Source: Callorhinchus milii (Eukaryota). From it: a stretch of 64,000 bases of DNA. The stretch's first letter is position 1. Every line of letters begins with the position of its first letter. The position numbers and the translations under genes are program-made. Shown here piece by piece: positions 35,513-50,029 of this stretch. Below the pieces are notes generated by a model. The model ran no database searches, had not been told where the DNA came from, and saw nothing but the letters and a program-made list of their open reading frames with translations. The stretch lies in contig NW_024704743.1 in assembly GCF_018977255.1 (NCBI RefSeq), positions 114,578,001 to 114,642,000 of the forward strand, given 5' to 3'.

Positions 35513-36789
35513 GCCTATGAACCAGTATTTTGAAAGAAGTTTTTAAAAAGTAAATAAGGTTCAACCAATTGTGATCCTGCTGTGACGAGTTCAAATTGTT
35601 TTTCTAAAAGTCAGCACTGAATTTTCATGTTCCTCGCTGTATTTCTGACTGACATATAAAATTCATTGCATTTTGTATCATGCCTTTCACGTCAGTAGAT
35701 ACAGTTGACCTAGAACTCTCTCCTCATTTCAGATTCCAGTGTTCCAAGTTGCAGAACAAGGCAGGGACGGAGCCTAAATCCTCTGTTCTATCTGATCAAG
35801 GCTCTGGCCTCAAGTGCAAATAAATATGTTAGTCAGTGCCTTTTGCATATCAACCATGAATTTACATACACCACACAAATGCTCATGACCTTCAGACAAC
35901 CTGTCTTCCTGTGATGATGCTGCAGGATCTGACAACACTGACGTGAAAACTATTTGTAAATCTCTCCACCAGCCCGTACACATCTATAAACCCCTTGGTG
36001 TGAACACTCTCATTCATTCTGCAGCACAGATGGCAGGAGAATGGTTCTAAACATCAAGTTCAGTTTCCCAATCTCTTGCAGTCAAGAGTTGAAATGCAGT
36101 GCCTTCAAATTCTTTGGATAAAAACTACCAAAGAGACGTGAGAGCTTCACTCTAAGAATAGGAATGCAAGAACATAAAGCTTCTTCACTGATCGCTTTCC
36201 CCAGTAAATCAGCCATAGATGAAACTGAATATGTCCTGTCTATGTATTGTCACTTGAAACCCCTGGCAGGATTTACTTACTACTTTCTAAACTAGGCTTC
36301 CTGAATGTTGCACTGGGTTGTCTTGCCAAATAATAATAATCTGTGCAATTTGATACAATAAAATAATCCTTGCATTTGATACAATACAATAATACTAATC
36401 TCTATAATTGATATAATAAAATAATACTAATCCTTTTATTTTATACAGCGCCTATCAAATCAGGAGGACATCTCAAAGCATTTCACAGGATTTATTATAG
36501 AGTGGTATGACTAGTACCTTAGTAAAATTTTGAATAACTTTTCTCTCCTCCTAGTGACCATCAGTGTCAAATGTGAGACATCTGTTTTACTGTTCCCTTT
36601 TATGCCAGCTGAAATTTATTTTTATATATAAAAAGTCTGTTACTTTAATATTAATTAATCCAGATTAATCGGTCTTTCGGGTCTTGGCTGTTTGTGGGAT
36701 TTTGCTGTGCACAAAATGACTGCCACGTTCGTACTACAAAATCACTCATATTTTCTTTTAACTCATATATTATAAAGTGACACTCCAAT

Positions 36790-37180
36790 GTTGGAGGTGC
36801 CGTTCTTCAGATGAAACTTTAAATCAGTGATGGCCAACCATTTTAATTGGCCAACCAAATAAATTTTCCTTGATTGAATATTCTTCGATTTATGGCCAGG
36901 GGGCCACTGCTTTAAACTGAGGTCCCGTCTGCCTGTTCAGGTGGCGTTGAAGATCTCAAGGCACTATCTGAGAAGAGAAGGGAGTTTCTCCCGATATCCT
37001 GGTCGACAATCTTCCCAATAAAATCGGTTGTTCTATTCATGGCTGTTTGTGGGACATTGCTGTGCACAAATTGGCTGTCTCATTTGCTCACAAAACATAC
37101 AGTCACAGCATTTTACAGTTTATCCTGTGAAGCGCTTGGGGGAGTCCTCTCAACGTGAAACCCACAATATCAAATGATAT
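36790..37180 (+). mobile_element. Deu-domain SINE
   Basis: TTAAACTGAGGTCCCGTCTGCCTGTTCAGGTGG...AAGATCTCAAGGCACTAT...GGGAGTTTCTCCC. Similar cores at about 30660-30790(+), 40350-40520(-), 44040-44240(-), 48340-48510(-), 49385-49490(-) and 61600-61680(-). Confidence 0.8.
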
Positions 37181-40100
37181 ACCTATTTATTGAAAAAGAA
37201 AGGAAATCCCCTAGTGGAGCAATTACTCTTTAAAAGCAGCCAGAGGAAGAAATGCCCGGGCTGGCACCTGTCAACTTCAAAAGTATGACTGACATTACAA
37301 ATCGATTGTTGCACAGAGAAAGGTTCTTTTAAGATAGAGATGTCAAATTAGTTAATAATAGATTTTCCTTTTGTTAAACCAATTTAAAAGTCCTGATATG
37401 CCTAAGCTATCTTCAAAATCCATTGCAGGAACTTGGAACCGTGTTCTCAAGGGACCAGTGACGACGCTTTCTACCTCTTGCACAGCAGCCTGAGACTGAT
37501 CAAAGCTCTCCAATTCATTAGCTTGTGTTAGTGTATGACAAGCAGCACAGCCACAGTTCACTAGTATGCGATTGCAATAAATATATATTTTACTTGTATT
37601 AAATTAGGAAAATATTACAGTGATGGCACTTTGATAACATAACACATCTTCTCACGTTAAACTACAGCAAAAACGCTGTCTTTGATGTCCATCAACACAT
37701 TTTGATTATGTCAACCCACTTATTCATCGAGGACAAGTTGCTTCAGCAAGATTTGTAGAACAACAAGTGGTCAGTTTGCTGGTCAATGATTTCCTTCCTG
37801 GGCTTTTATTTTTTTCCGCTCCCCGCTCACTGTCAGGTGTGCATCTAACAAGATACATCTAATCAGAAAAGCCTCTTGGATTAGAATTTTATACCATCAG
37901 ATCATGAAATTCATATACACGAACTGAAGACGAGCATTTGAAACTTCATTCTGAGCAGCAACCAAACCCACTGCTTACATCGCTCCACGACATATTTCAC
38001 CAATTTGCATCATTATTACATCTGTTCTGCATCTCCCTCCTCTCTCAAAGGCTGTTCCTCAAAGTGGATTATTGTACAGTTATCACTATTAAGGATTGTC
38101 ACCCCAAGCAATGTAATCAATTAATAGTTAGAAATCATCTTCCCCTATGCCTCTGGATAAATGCTTAGCCCTACAGATCAGGATATCTCCAGGTCTGGTT
38201 CTTGGCCTGTGCTGAATTCCAAACTAAGGTATGGTGAAGTTTCAGTATCTCTGGGGAAGGGGAGAAGAAAATCACCTGAGACATCCTGCTTTCCCACTGT
38301 CCCCGGTATTGAGTGCTCTCTACAGTTAAATACTGAAGGTCACTGACAAGTCACATGAACAGTGGTCACTTGGACAAGGTACCATTAGGACTATCTCTAT
38401 ATTCCGGTGAGAGCCAATGCCTTTGATATGGGACAGCACAGCACTGAAAGAGGTTTTAAAGAAAACAACTGTCATACGAAAAGCTAAGGATTAAATCGTG
38501 TTTCAAAACAAAAATCATTTGGGCCAACCCACTCTCTGAAATCAACGCGGACAACTGATTTAAGTTCTAACTTCTGTGTCGCCAGATTGGAGTTAAAGGA
38601 GGCTTTTGGACCCAAGGTAGGAGATGAGTGTCTGAGCAGAGATCCACAGAGTTAATACGAGACACATACATAACTGCAGGGTCTGCGATTTATAAATCCT
38701 TTTACAAAATTGCACATTAGACCCCAAGTGACTTTTTGTAAACCACAAGAGAGATTTATGTAAACAGATGGTGAAAGACAAATATCCCAGGCACAGCTTT
38801 CTACAAAAAAAGAGTGAACCGCATCAACAAGGACACATAAAAAAGTGTTTGGTAATGTAACATATAGTGGATCAGAAATTTCTTGCCAATTGAGCACCGA
38901 CTACATCTTAATAAATCTGCAGTATTGATGATCGAGCCATTAATCCTCTTGTGTGAACGTCATCCACATCAAGGGCACAGAAAGTACTCGTGTCCTCCAG
39001 GACACACATACTGCTGAAAATAAAAAAGGCACTCTAAACAAAACGCATTCTAAGTAACAGCCGGCATCATGAAAAGCCTTCAAGGTTGTAATTTTGTAAC
39101 CACTCTAATAATTCATCCATTATTCTACTGCTAGGCGTTTCAAGTTTATCCATTATTCTATCACTGATACCTTTCAATTTATGTGTAATCTGAGTACGGC
39201 TGTCTTGTTTTTTTCTCTCTCCCATTTTAAAGCCACTTCTTATCCTGAGAGTGCAACCTGGATCTGCAACTCACCGCACTGCTACGTATGAAGCTGCAAC
39301 CTACCACCTTGCAGTTATCCTTTCAATAACATTTTTTCCTTTGTAATCTCTCCAAAAGGTTAATCATTGGTAAATTAGCAAAGCCTTAGCATAAGACCTA
39401 CTGATAAGGATCTACACAATGGTTATTTGGATTTTAATAATTATAATAATCCTTGCTTTTGATATACTGGAGCACCTTTCAGATCCCAAAGCACTTCACA
39501 GGATTTACTGTAATGTGTAATGACTGTGTATTTTGTAGGTGAATCTTAAAAGGAAAGGATAAAATGTGGCCTGGACATTTTGGGACTTTGCTGAAAAAAA
39601 TGTAGTCACTCAATCCACAACTGTATGTTGGACATTACTGCCGTGCTTTGCCCACAAAATATACAGTCAATCCACTTTATAATATATTTTGTGAAGCAAT
39701 TTGAGACGTCTCAACGATGTCATAAGGCGCTATATGAAATGCAAAGATTATTATTATATCAGAGCACACTTGGTAGGTAAGAAAAGCAAACTAATCAACA
39801 TTATTGGACTCCATTCTTCCAAAGTGCTGAGTAATTGCCTGCCACGTAATATAGATCTAGTCATATTTAAATGACGAGCTTTCAAATATGAAACCCTGAC
39901 CTAAAGCTGAACACTTGTTTTAAATGAAGAACAGATTTTCAAAGCAGCATTGCTGGCCCAAGCGCAATTTTAAAACATTCCTCTTAATCAAGGTGGAGGT
40001 GTCCCTTCACCTCCCACCCTAACTCCAATGAAATGGAAAAGCTGGATATCTGCCAATCAAGAAGAACATTTAATTAAATGCACTGAAATGGAAATTAGGA

Positions 40101-41568
40101 CAGTTGGTTCAGATGAGGCTTGAGCAGAAGTGAAGTGCACATTGTGGTGACTTCTCTATAAAACTGAAGCCAGAATCACATCCAGCAGTCTATAGGGCAA
40201 TCCGCCCGAGGGGGAAATGAACATGCCAGGAATATCTAACCGCAGCCAACTGGCAAACCTGAAACAACATCACTAGCACAAAAATAAAGTAAATAATATT
40301 TAGTAAGTGCATACAAGACAAACAAATAGTTGCGTGCATCCGTTAGGAAGTGACCAGGCAGACAAGACCTTGGTTGAACATCTCATCTGAAGGATGGCAC
40401 CTCTGAGAATGTAGTGTCCTCCCAGCAGTGTGTTGGGAGTGTCAGCCTACAATATGAGTTTAAAGTCCCGACATGAGGCTTGAACGCACAGTCTTCAGAT
40501 TCAGAGGCAAGAGTGCTATTGATTGAGGCGGGCTAATACCTTACTTATCACGTACTTCTTCACAAACACTGCCGATTTCAGCGCCTTGGGACTTCCTCCC
40601 AACGTGAAAGCCGCTCTATAAATGTAATTTTGCTGTTGCTATTGTTCAGTGACTGTTTTTATAGACACTCAGGATATTCATTTGGTCTCATAAACAGCCC
40701 GTGAGGTGAGTGACCAATTCAACGCAACATGAAAGGCTTTACACTGTACCTAAATGTGAATTTGTATTGTAACCACAAGGGCTCAACTGGAGCTCTGCAA
40801 AATAATTGCTGAATCTGTTCATGTACATCTTCATAGAATTGTTCTGTTTTAAACATCTTTCAGTTTAAAAAAGACAGATTATGTTGAAGTGACAAAAAGA
40901 TAAATGGGAGACAAAAGATGAAACCCGTCAAATGACAGATCTATTTAAAAGCCTATTGAAATAGCTAATAATAATCCTTGTATCTGATATAGCGCCTTAT
41001 CATGTCTTCAAGACATCTCAAAGCGCTTCACAGAATATACTGTAAAGTGAATTGACTATATTTTGTGAGCTATGTCTAAAAGCCATGCTAAACTTTATTG
41101 TAAAGCACTGCTGATAAGAGGGGAATGCAATCGTGCTTGGGCACTTTTAATGTAAATAACTTTCACTTTTTTCCCTGCCCTTTCTTTCAAAGCTAATCAT
41201 TTTAAGAATGAGTTCCTTCTGGAGGTTAATAAACATCAACTTGGGATAATTATTAAAAGGCTTAGAATTCTACAGAGGCCATTTCCTTTTTAGCCTTCAG
41301 CTGCAATGCCTATGCTCTCAGGATCACTCCACCAAACCTCCTTCTCCTTGTGCCTTGTCTCTCTCTGCCTTCATAATCCCTCTTCAAAATAGACCTCTTT
41401 AACCGGTCCCTTTGGTAACCACCTTCATGTTACCCTCTCCTTCCTCCCTAATTAGTTCTGTTCCCTTCGTTCATTATACAATTACAAAACACTACTGCAC
41501 AGAAATGGGCGATTCAGCCCATCAAATCCAGTCAAGTGCTGGTAAATCCTATCAAGCATTTTAGGATC

Positions 41569-41953
41569 TGGAGTCCTGTAGCTTAGTGGTCAGAGCACTC
41601 GCCTCACAAGCGAGAGGACCTGGGCTTGATTCCCGCAGGGTAAAGTGTTGGGCACGTTTCCTTAATTCGCACACACGCCTCTGTTTACCTAGCAGTAAAT
41701 AGGAATCTGCTTGTTTGTCGATTGGCAGATCGCTTTTCCGGGGGTAATAATCCCTTCAAAAAAATAATAATAATAAAAAAAATTTGGTCACTCAATCCAC
41801 AACTGTTTGTGGACACTGCTGTGTGCAATTGACTGCCGCGTTTCATCCACAAAACATACAATCAATTCACTTTACAGTATATTCTGTGAATCGCTTTGAG
41901 ACGTCTCGAAGTCGTGATAAGGCGTTATATCAAATGCAAGGATTATTATTATT
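41569..41953 (+). mobile_element. Full-length tRNA-derived SINE inserted into an older SINE tail
   Basis: Head, body and (ATT)n tail present; flanked by AGGATCT / AAGACCT, a probable degenerate TSD. Confidence 0.92.
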
Positions 41954-44402
41954 AAGACCTCCTCCAAATGTGAAAGGCGCTATTCCAAATGCAAGGATTG
42001 TTATTATTAAAACCCGCAGCACAGATGTTGTGCTGTTTCTGTGCAGTAACGTTCTATGATTGTAAAATGAAGGAATGCAAGTGAATAGATCGAGAAAACC
42101 AAGGGCATCCCGAAAGACTGAAGAGGTGATGTTCACTGTATGCACCTGTGACTGACACTTTCCTAGGCAGCAATGCAACGCAGCTTGGAAACAATCTTGC
42201 AGCTTCGGGAATGTGGGACTCCGTTGCTGCAAGGGATTTGTGAATTGTGTGCGGTGAACACATGAGACATAGAAAATCAATGTGATTCAGAGAAATGAGG
42301 CACTGAAAGTTCACAGTCTGCTCTCGGATTGAAGGGCATTATCGATTATCTTTAATCCTCAGTTTAGAAACAGAAACTGACCAACTGCTTAAAGTTTCTG
42401 GGTTGATTCAATTAGTTTATTCCAATTAGATGACTTGTCAGAGTTGAAGTTACTCCACAGTCCCCTTGACCTGCTGTTCCAGGTTCCTTGAATTAAAGGA
42501 ATTCTAGCTTATTAACCATGTACAACCTTTTTGTACGATCTCTGTGAACTGGGGTCAAGTACACTTAGCAAGTGGGACTTGCCTTCAAAATTAGTTCCTC
42601 CTGCAATTTCTCTTTATATCACCGATATTATCCTGCTCTCTAACATGAGTTAATCCTTCAATCCGCTCTGCACCCAGCTGACCAAAATAATGTAGCACGA
42701 ACGTCTCAATGCACTTCAAAAAGGTAATGGCGTATAATAATAATCCTTACGTTTGATATAGTGCTTTTCATACAGGAAGGACATCTCCAAGAGCTTCCTC
42801 GGATTTTACTGCAAAGTGCAGTGACTATGTGTATTTGTGTAGTCAAACAAAACAGCCAATTTGCGCACAGCAATGTCCCACACTAAGGTTCATTGCTAAC
42901 CACATCACACACTGTCTTCCAGCAATATCATATTCACATTTATTAAAATAATTGTTGTTCAATGAGCTGTAATAATCAACAACTTCAATGCGTGCTAAGC
43001 CAAGAGAGCAGATCATGTAAGAAAATACATCAAAACTCAAAACAGGATCTGCTTCCCCCTTCTTTCCCACCGCCCTTCTGCCCAACCTCTTCCCACCCAC
43101 ATCCCACCCCCAAGATTTTGCTTGGTGTTGGCACTGTTCTTCCACAGGAAAACAGTCCCTCTCCCTAGCTCCCTATAATCTGTTCATTTCACTGTGAATA
43201 ATGTTCCGCAGGCATTCTCCAGAGAGCGTTAGTATTAATCATTTTGCATTTTCCACTGCACCAGATTTCAAGCCCTTAACAATTCGGTTTGTTTCAGATT
43301 GCCTCGAGTAAGTGGCACTAATTGAACCATCAGTGAAACACATCCTTAAACCTTGAGTATCTGCGCTAAAGCTGCTTCAGGTACCTTCATATTAAACTGA
43401 GGAAATGATGCTCACTGGTATTGTAACTGCAGGCATCAGAGGCTGTGAATCTGAGTTGTGGTAGAGGCTAATTACACGCACAATGGAGATATAAATGCAA
43501 TTTGTTGTTGTTGATACAAATCATTCATCTGCTTTAAATAACCTGTACAGTGTGATCAATAAACAGCACCGACAAATTCTCTCAAGAGAAATAAATCCTT
43601 GTAGGGACCATCTGGTGTTAAATGCAAATGATACCTTTGTCAGTGCTAACTACACAGATTGCATGAAATCACTATTCTAACTCAATGCAATTCAAATGGG
43701 TGAAATTCTGGATACATCAGAATGTATTGTTGTCTACTATTAGCTGGAGGCCGGGGCAGTTCACTGCATCAACATCTCCACAGCCATTGATGTACAGTGG
43801 CTTCCGGCATTATTGTACGACCAATATAATGTGTATTTGTAATAGAAAGGAAGAATTTGCATTTTTATGGCACCTTACCACATAAAAATATCTCAAAGTA
43901 CTTCACAAGCAAATTACTGTCAAGCACAGTGATTGTTTTTGTAATCAAATGCAGTGGTCTTTCTTTTTGCACTGTTAAGGTCTCACAAACAGCCACGAAG
44001 TGAACGACCAATTTTAACTGGAGGACCACAGCCCGGAACCCAACAGAAACTTCCTTCTCTTTCTGAAGAGTGGAATAGGATCTTTAACGTTCACTCTAAC
44101 AAACAGGTCTTGGTTTTGACATCTCATCTGAAAGTTGTCAGCTCCAATAATCCAGCACCCAAAGGACATGTTAGCCTAGACTTCGTGGCTTGAACCCACA
44201 GAAATCTAGCCCCAAGGTGGGTATACTATCAATTGAGCAACAAGATTGTCTATCATAGTGTTAGCTTTTATAGTCATATAATAGGGAACCACTTATTTTA
44301 CCACATCAGAGGTTGGAAATTCTTCACTGCTGAAACATTAAGACAATTATCTTGAAATTTTAACATCGTGAAAACCTCTAGGATGCAGGGCAGGAACCTT
44401 AC

Positions 44403-44517
44403 CTGAGTCTTTGGCAATAATTTTTCACATTCTCCAGAGAGGCTCCATTGATCTGTGCCTGAAATTCCTCTACAGACACATTGTTTCTGTAGTAATAGCC
44501 CTCCATACTTTCCATTG
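44403..44517 (-). CDS. PREX2: PREX2 coding exon (115 nt): [39 protein letters not shown]
   Basis: tatttag|CA...CTCAG|gtaag, phase 1/2. Separated from the previous exon by a 137-nt intron. Matches [19 protein letters not shown]. Confidence 0.95.
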
Positions 44518-44654
44518 CTAAATAAGAGAGACAGATTATTAGTGACCGACATTTGTATCAATGATTCAGCAGCTAAGGCTGCAAGATGCAACAGCAGTGG
44601 AGCAATAACATACAGAAAGGATTGCCTCCCTCCCAACAACACACACATAAATAC

Positions 44655-44798
44655 CTTGTGTAAAAAGAACTGGGTAAATCTTGAAACCTCCTCCATTTTG
44701 CAACTTCTGAGGCAGCTGCTCAAAATTGTATCCCTCGAGGTAGAAGAAAACTTTCAAGGCTTGTCGACTCCCCTCGACTCTGTAGGTGATGGGCGTGT
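44655..44798 (-). CDS. PREX2: PREX2 coding exon (144 nt): [48 protein letters not shown]
   Basis: tgtccag|AC...CAAG|gtattt, phase 1/1. Contains the EGSRQALKV and GGGFKIxPVLF motifs. Confidence 0.95.
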
Positions 44799-44973
44799 CT
44801 GGACAACATACAAAAACAGAAGCAATTGAATGGAAGTCACTGCACTAACATTATTCAGCGTATGACACACAATGCTGAGAAGAGTGAATGGTTTTCATTA
44901 CTGCTGGGTCTATTGTTTGTTCATAAAAGATGAGCACAGTAGCTGTCTCACCTTCAGCAAAGCCAATAAAAAA

Positions 44974-44974
44974 N
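44974..44974. other. Single ambiguous base N (possible assembly join)
   Basis: 'aaanttgt' in the sequence. Confidence 0.95.
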
Positions 44975-45199
44975 TTGTGTGTGTGTGATGGTAAAATTCC
45001 TGGGTTTAAAAAGTGCTCGGAAAAATTTCAGCGTGCAAGGTGTTTCATGGAAGGAAATGTTCCAAAGCGCGTCTCCTGTGGGGAGCCCCAGTACGTTACA
45101 TTGACCCGAGAGAACACAGTTCCAAAGAGATCACGGGTTGGAGCCGAGTTCTCAGGAATCCAATTGATGTACGTGGGCATCCCTGCAGAGAAGTGTTGA

Positions 45200-45471
45200 T
45201 CTACAAAAGGGGGAGATCACTAGAATTTTTTTTACACACACACAGAGTCATTAGGATGTAGAATTGCCCTGCCAGGAGTGGTGGTCAAGGCAAGATTCAT
45301 ATTAGCTGCTAAGAAGACGCTAGATAGATATCTAAAACAGAGGAACTTGCAGGGGTATATGTGGGTGTAGGGAGGTGGAGGTGGGATGCGAGATGAAAGG
45401 ATTGCTCTTTCAAAGAGTCAGCACAGACATGATGATCTGAGCGGCCTTCTTCTGTGCTGTAAAGTTCTATG
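45200..45471 (+). mobile_element. CR1/HER1-type LINE 3' fragment
   Basis: CACAGAGTCATTAGGATGT.GAAT...CTAGATAGATAT...CTCTTTCAAAGAG..AGCACAGACATGATG...CCTTCTTCTGTGCTGTAA..TTCTATG. Confidence 0.8.
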
Positions 45472-48400
45472 GCATATCCACGGTGCTTGATCCAAAACCA
45501 GGTGCTTTTTCCCCCACCTGACTTTTTGCAATTATTCTCCTCAGCTTAGTCTTCCTGAGCTGAGGACAGCTTATTTGCAGGCTTCCACCAGCTGCCAGAA
45601 TATATGGAGAGAACAACACAATAACCTGGCCCTGCATTCTCTGTCTGACTCTGGCTTCTGATAAGTGACGTGGCTGGTTTCAGGAATTATGTGGGAGGGA
45701 GGCAGGGTTGAATACATATCAATGTCATTTCAGTTGAAAAGCCTGTTGGTGCTGCGATGGGAGGATGGTTGGGTTGGTATTCTGGAGGGATAAACAATAA
45801 TAATCCTTGCAATTGAAATAGCTTCTTATAACATCGAGATGTCTCAAAGTGCTTCATAGGATATACTGTAAAGTGGAGTGACTGTGTATTTTGTGGGTGA
45901 AACGTGGGCATGTATTTTGTGGGATGAGTTCAGATGGGCCACAGGGTCTTCTTCATCCAAAATAATCTTGCATGACCTTGAGTACTCAAACATGATAAAA
46001 TACCACAATAGTATTCACCTTCAAAACCCACAGTCCCTGCACTTTACAGTAAATCCTGTGAAGCACTTTGAGACGGCCTCCTGACATGATTTGGTGCTCA
46101 TCAGCACAACTTGGCTCAAAACAAAATTGGAATATTCTCAACTTCTTTTGTTGCAATGTTTCGTGTTGTATGAATAAAAAAAATCATGTTATGAATAATG
46201 CACCACAAGGTTGGATGCCTTCCAGTCTCTTTGTTAACAATGAAAAATAAACAATCCCAATTTCTAAGCCAGTGATAAACTATTGGTGCCCAAACTGATT
46301 TTTTTTTAACAATGACTCCATGTTTAGCTGGTGGTGGGAGGGTGGAAGATTTATGTTCCCTGCAAATTGAAGGGGTGCTGGGCAATAGAATATTTTCCCT
46401 GTAAACATGCAGTGTCAATCATCCCAGGTAAGGGATGTCATCACCAAATACATATAAATATATGGTGGGTTGGGGTGGTGAGATTGCAGTAAACTGATGT
46501 GATAATTATCACAGGGCATAGAACTTGGGGTCATTTTTGTCCAGTACGTAATGACGGGTTTGGGATGAAGCACCACTCTGACCCCTGGAGAATGGATTTT
46601 CCTGCCATGCTGATCAGGACTGCATTCCGGCCATTTTATTTTGGAAAAAGGTGACAGAATTTGGGCTTTGAATTTTAAATCACTGGATTGGCTTTTTCAA
46701 TTTACAATTGCTAGTTTGAGAAATATCTTTTGAGCACTGTCTGACAAAAAAGCATAAACTCAATAATCTCCCAACTTCAAAGCAACAAACAAAGATCCAT
46801 TGTACCTGACCTTTACAAGGTTAGAATGACAGAGACAAAAAAAAACAGTGTAAACAATAATATTAATAATAATCCTTACGTTTGATACCATATTACACAC
46901 TAATATCCCATTATGAAGCGCCCCCCGGGACACTACCCTGCGTGAAGGGCGCTATAACAATGCAAGTTATTGTTGCATTATCACATTAATCTCACTTTGG
47001 GCTGCTGCATTGCTCACTGATCATTTATCAGGCTGCACTGGATTCACACACTGTACATTCTATTCGCTTTATCCATAACGAGAGCAAATTTTAATTGGCG
47101 CCAGGTTGGTTGCTAGCAATTCAGGAAACATTTGTAGAACGCTGACCACTTTTAAAAGCTATAAAGAATACAGCACTGCCCTAACAATTTCAGAAATGAC
47201 TGAGATTATTTTAAGATATCTGAATTGAAGGTGCAGATCTTAATTACATACTCAAGGTCTATTCAGTAAATTAAAAGGTAGTATCTTAGCATTCACAGTC
47301 AGAAAAATGTAATCACTCTGTTCCATACTCTCTGATTGCAATCACTCACTTGTAGTTGAGGAATCAGTTGAGGCTGTAATATATGAGACACATAAATGGC
47401 AGCTGAGGCTAAACTAAATATATTTTTAGAGTAAAGGGAGGGAAATAGAAAACGAGCCTGCAAACTGGATCCAAAGAAAGATTTCATCTATGTTAGGGGC
47501 ATGCAGTGTGTTAAACGACCAGGTCCTTTTAACAAATAGACAATCATGAGACTCCACAATAAAATCCTGCGAATCACTTTGAGACATGATAACGAGCTAT
47601 TACCAACTTCTCCTTGCCTCTAAACCTCCGCCTCACCCCTCTCTATCTAGCTTTAAATCCCACTTTAAAACCTACATCTTCGACCGAGTGTATGGTCACC
47701 TTCCCCTCCCTCAGTGACAACCCCGTCGCTATGAAATGCTCCAAGATGCTCTCCTGCCTGAAGGACACTGTACAAATACAGGTTGTTGTTTTTGCTGTAT
47801 GGTAGATACTGGGATAGGTGCAGTCTGAGATTAACAACAAGACAATTCCTGAGGTCTTGAAAAATAATTGTTGCCTCTGGAGAAAAAAATGTCTTCCTCC
47901 TACAAAAAGTTTGTTGTAAAATAGGTGAATATATCAGCTGACCTAATGTTAAAGCTGCAGATGGAGCACTTGCTCTCTGCCTCTTTCAGAGCTTATGTTG
48001 ATGGCATCAGGGTATAACTTCCAGACTGCCAAGACAACAAAGCTTAACAAAGTACATAATACTGTAACTGTTTAGCTCAATTTTACTGTTGCTTTAGTTG
48101 AACAATATTAAAGAAGCACGCAGATGTAATGCATGTGTTGCCAGTCACTTTCATCTATATATGGGATAGGCTGCAGCCAAAATAAAGTATTGCAAAACAA
48201 TGTTTCCTCCAATGTGTCAGCTTTGGGTGATCCAACAGACTGTTTCAAAAGACCATTCGGATAATATTAGAAGCAGAGGGTATAAAATTCTCTGATGCTT
48301 AAAAGAATAAAGTCAGTGTGTTAGCAGGGAAAGTCTTCATCAGACTTGCTAACGTCCACCCAAACAGGCAAATGAGACGTTAGTTTAAGTCTCATCTGAA

Positions 48401-48805
48401 GGACGGAAGCTCCTTTAATGCTGCACTTCCTAACACTGTATTGTACTGGAGTGTCAGCCTTGACTGTGAGCTCAAAGTTCCCGACACAGGACTTGAATCC
48501 ATAACCTTCCAATGTGAATTCCAGTTCTTATGCCTACACTTCAGGAAATACTTTTCTAATTCACTACAGCAATACTGCAAATGGCCCATTAAGTCAAATC
48601 TGTAGCAAAGCTGAGTTCTTATTCAGACATATTAATATGTCAGTTGCATTAATACAAGTAATTTCAATTCCAATGTATTGCAGACAGGAGCACAAAGATC
48701 CTATAATAGTGTCTAAATTGCAGCGTTTCCTAAAATGATTCCTTAATAACAATTCCAAAGCATGAATGGGGACTCTTTCCAATTGTCAGACAGATGTGAT
48801 CTGAT

Positions 48806-49228
48806 AAGATCCTCATCCTCACCTACAAGGCCATTCACGGCCTTGCTCCCTCCTACCTCTCTGACTATCCCCCTACCTACCTGCCCGTACCCTCCGTTCC
48901 TCTGGCTCCGGTCTGCTCCACATCCCCCGCCCCAACCGCCCTACCATCGGTGGCTGGGCCTTCAGCCTCTCAGCCCCTGGAACTCCATCCCCCAGTGTCT
49001 TCGCCGCCTCCTCCCTTTCCTCCTTCAAGGCCGGTCTCAAGACCTTTCTCTTTGACCGTACCTTCAGCTCCCCTCTCGACTCTCTACCCTCTCCTCGCTC
49101 CCTCCCTTCCCTCCCATCACCCTGACCATATCCCCCCTGCTCGGGTCCCGACCCAACTGTCCAGCGCCTTGGAATGTCCTCCCGACGTGAAAGGCGCTCT
49201 ATAAATAGAATCTTGTTGTTGTTGTTGT
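48806..49228 (+). mobile_element. Young L2-derived 3' element
   Basis: Near-identical to the other young copies, with two small deletions; (GTT)n tail. Confidence 0.93.
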
Positions 49229-50029
49229 CAGGCCAATGCATAGGAACTCCTCTGGCCCAAGATTATCTTACAGAGTGTAATTGATGTAGGTCAGTATGAA
49301 GTGTTTCTGCTGTCTGCAAGGAGTCCTCATTAGTAAAGGAATAATAACAATAAATCATAATAATTGTTGCATTTGATGAGCTTCTCTTTTTGAATAGTGT
49401 CAAGATTTCTTTAATGTTCACCTGAGCAGGCAGATGGGACCTAGGTTTAATATCTCACCTGAGGGATGCAAACTCTGATAATACAGCACTTTCCCAAATG
49501 TCAAAATCAGCGCCTTACCACATCGTTGAGACATCTCCAATAAGGATATACTGTAAAGCGATGAGACTGTATTTTATGGGCGAATGCGGCAGTCAATTTG
49601 CACACAGGAATGTCCCATAAACAGAATCCCACAAAGAAATGACTGTGATTTAGATCCCCAGGACCTAAAGGCTACATGCACACCATGCAATACATCATTC
49701 ATCACTATGTGGAACCATACAGACCAGCTGCTTTCCTGAGGTTGTTAAGATTTAAGAAAATTAAAAGATAGACATATTCATGACATGTTAGCAGAATGCC
49801 CTCTGCACATCCAGGGACTTCAATGAAAACCATTCAATGTAATATTTTTGAGTGTTTTAAAAAATAATACAATGGTTCAATTCAACAATTCCAACTTAAT
49901 GAAGCATAGTATATTGGCTATGATGGAAAATCAACATTTTAATGGAGGATTATGAAAAGCCCTGCTTTTCAAAAGTGTAAATATCAAGGACTTGCTTAAT
50001 GTAAAAGTGGGAGGCAACTTCTTACATAC

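Noticed and set aside
35256..35594. His/Thr-rich ORFs
   Set aside because: They are translations of a (CA)-rich tandem repeat.
38900..39030. Possible extra PREX2 exon after a good minus-strand acceptor (ttttttattttcagcag)
   Set aside because: There is no P-Rex similarity in any frame, stops occur in all frames, and there is no convincing donor. The flanking exons already join in frame.
44960..44980. AATAAA followed by an A-run as a poly(A) site or retrocopy end
   Set aside because: It is on the non-coding strand and abuts an N, so the local assembly is uncertain.
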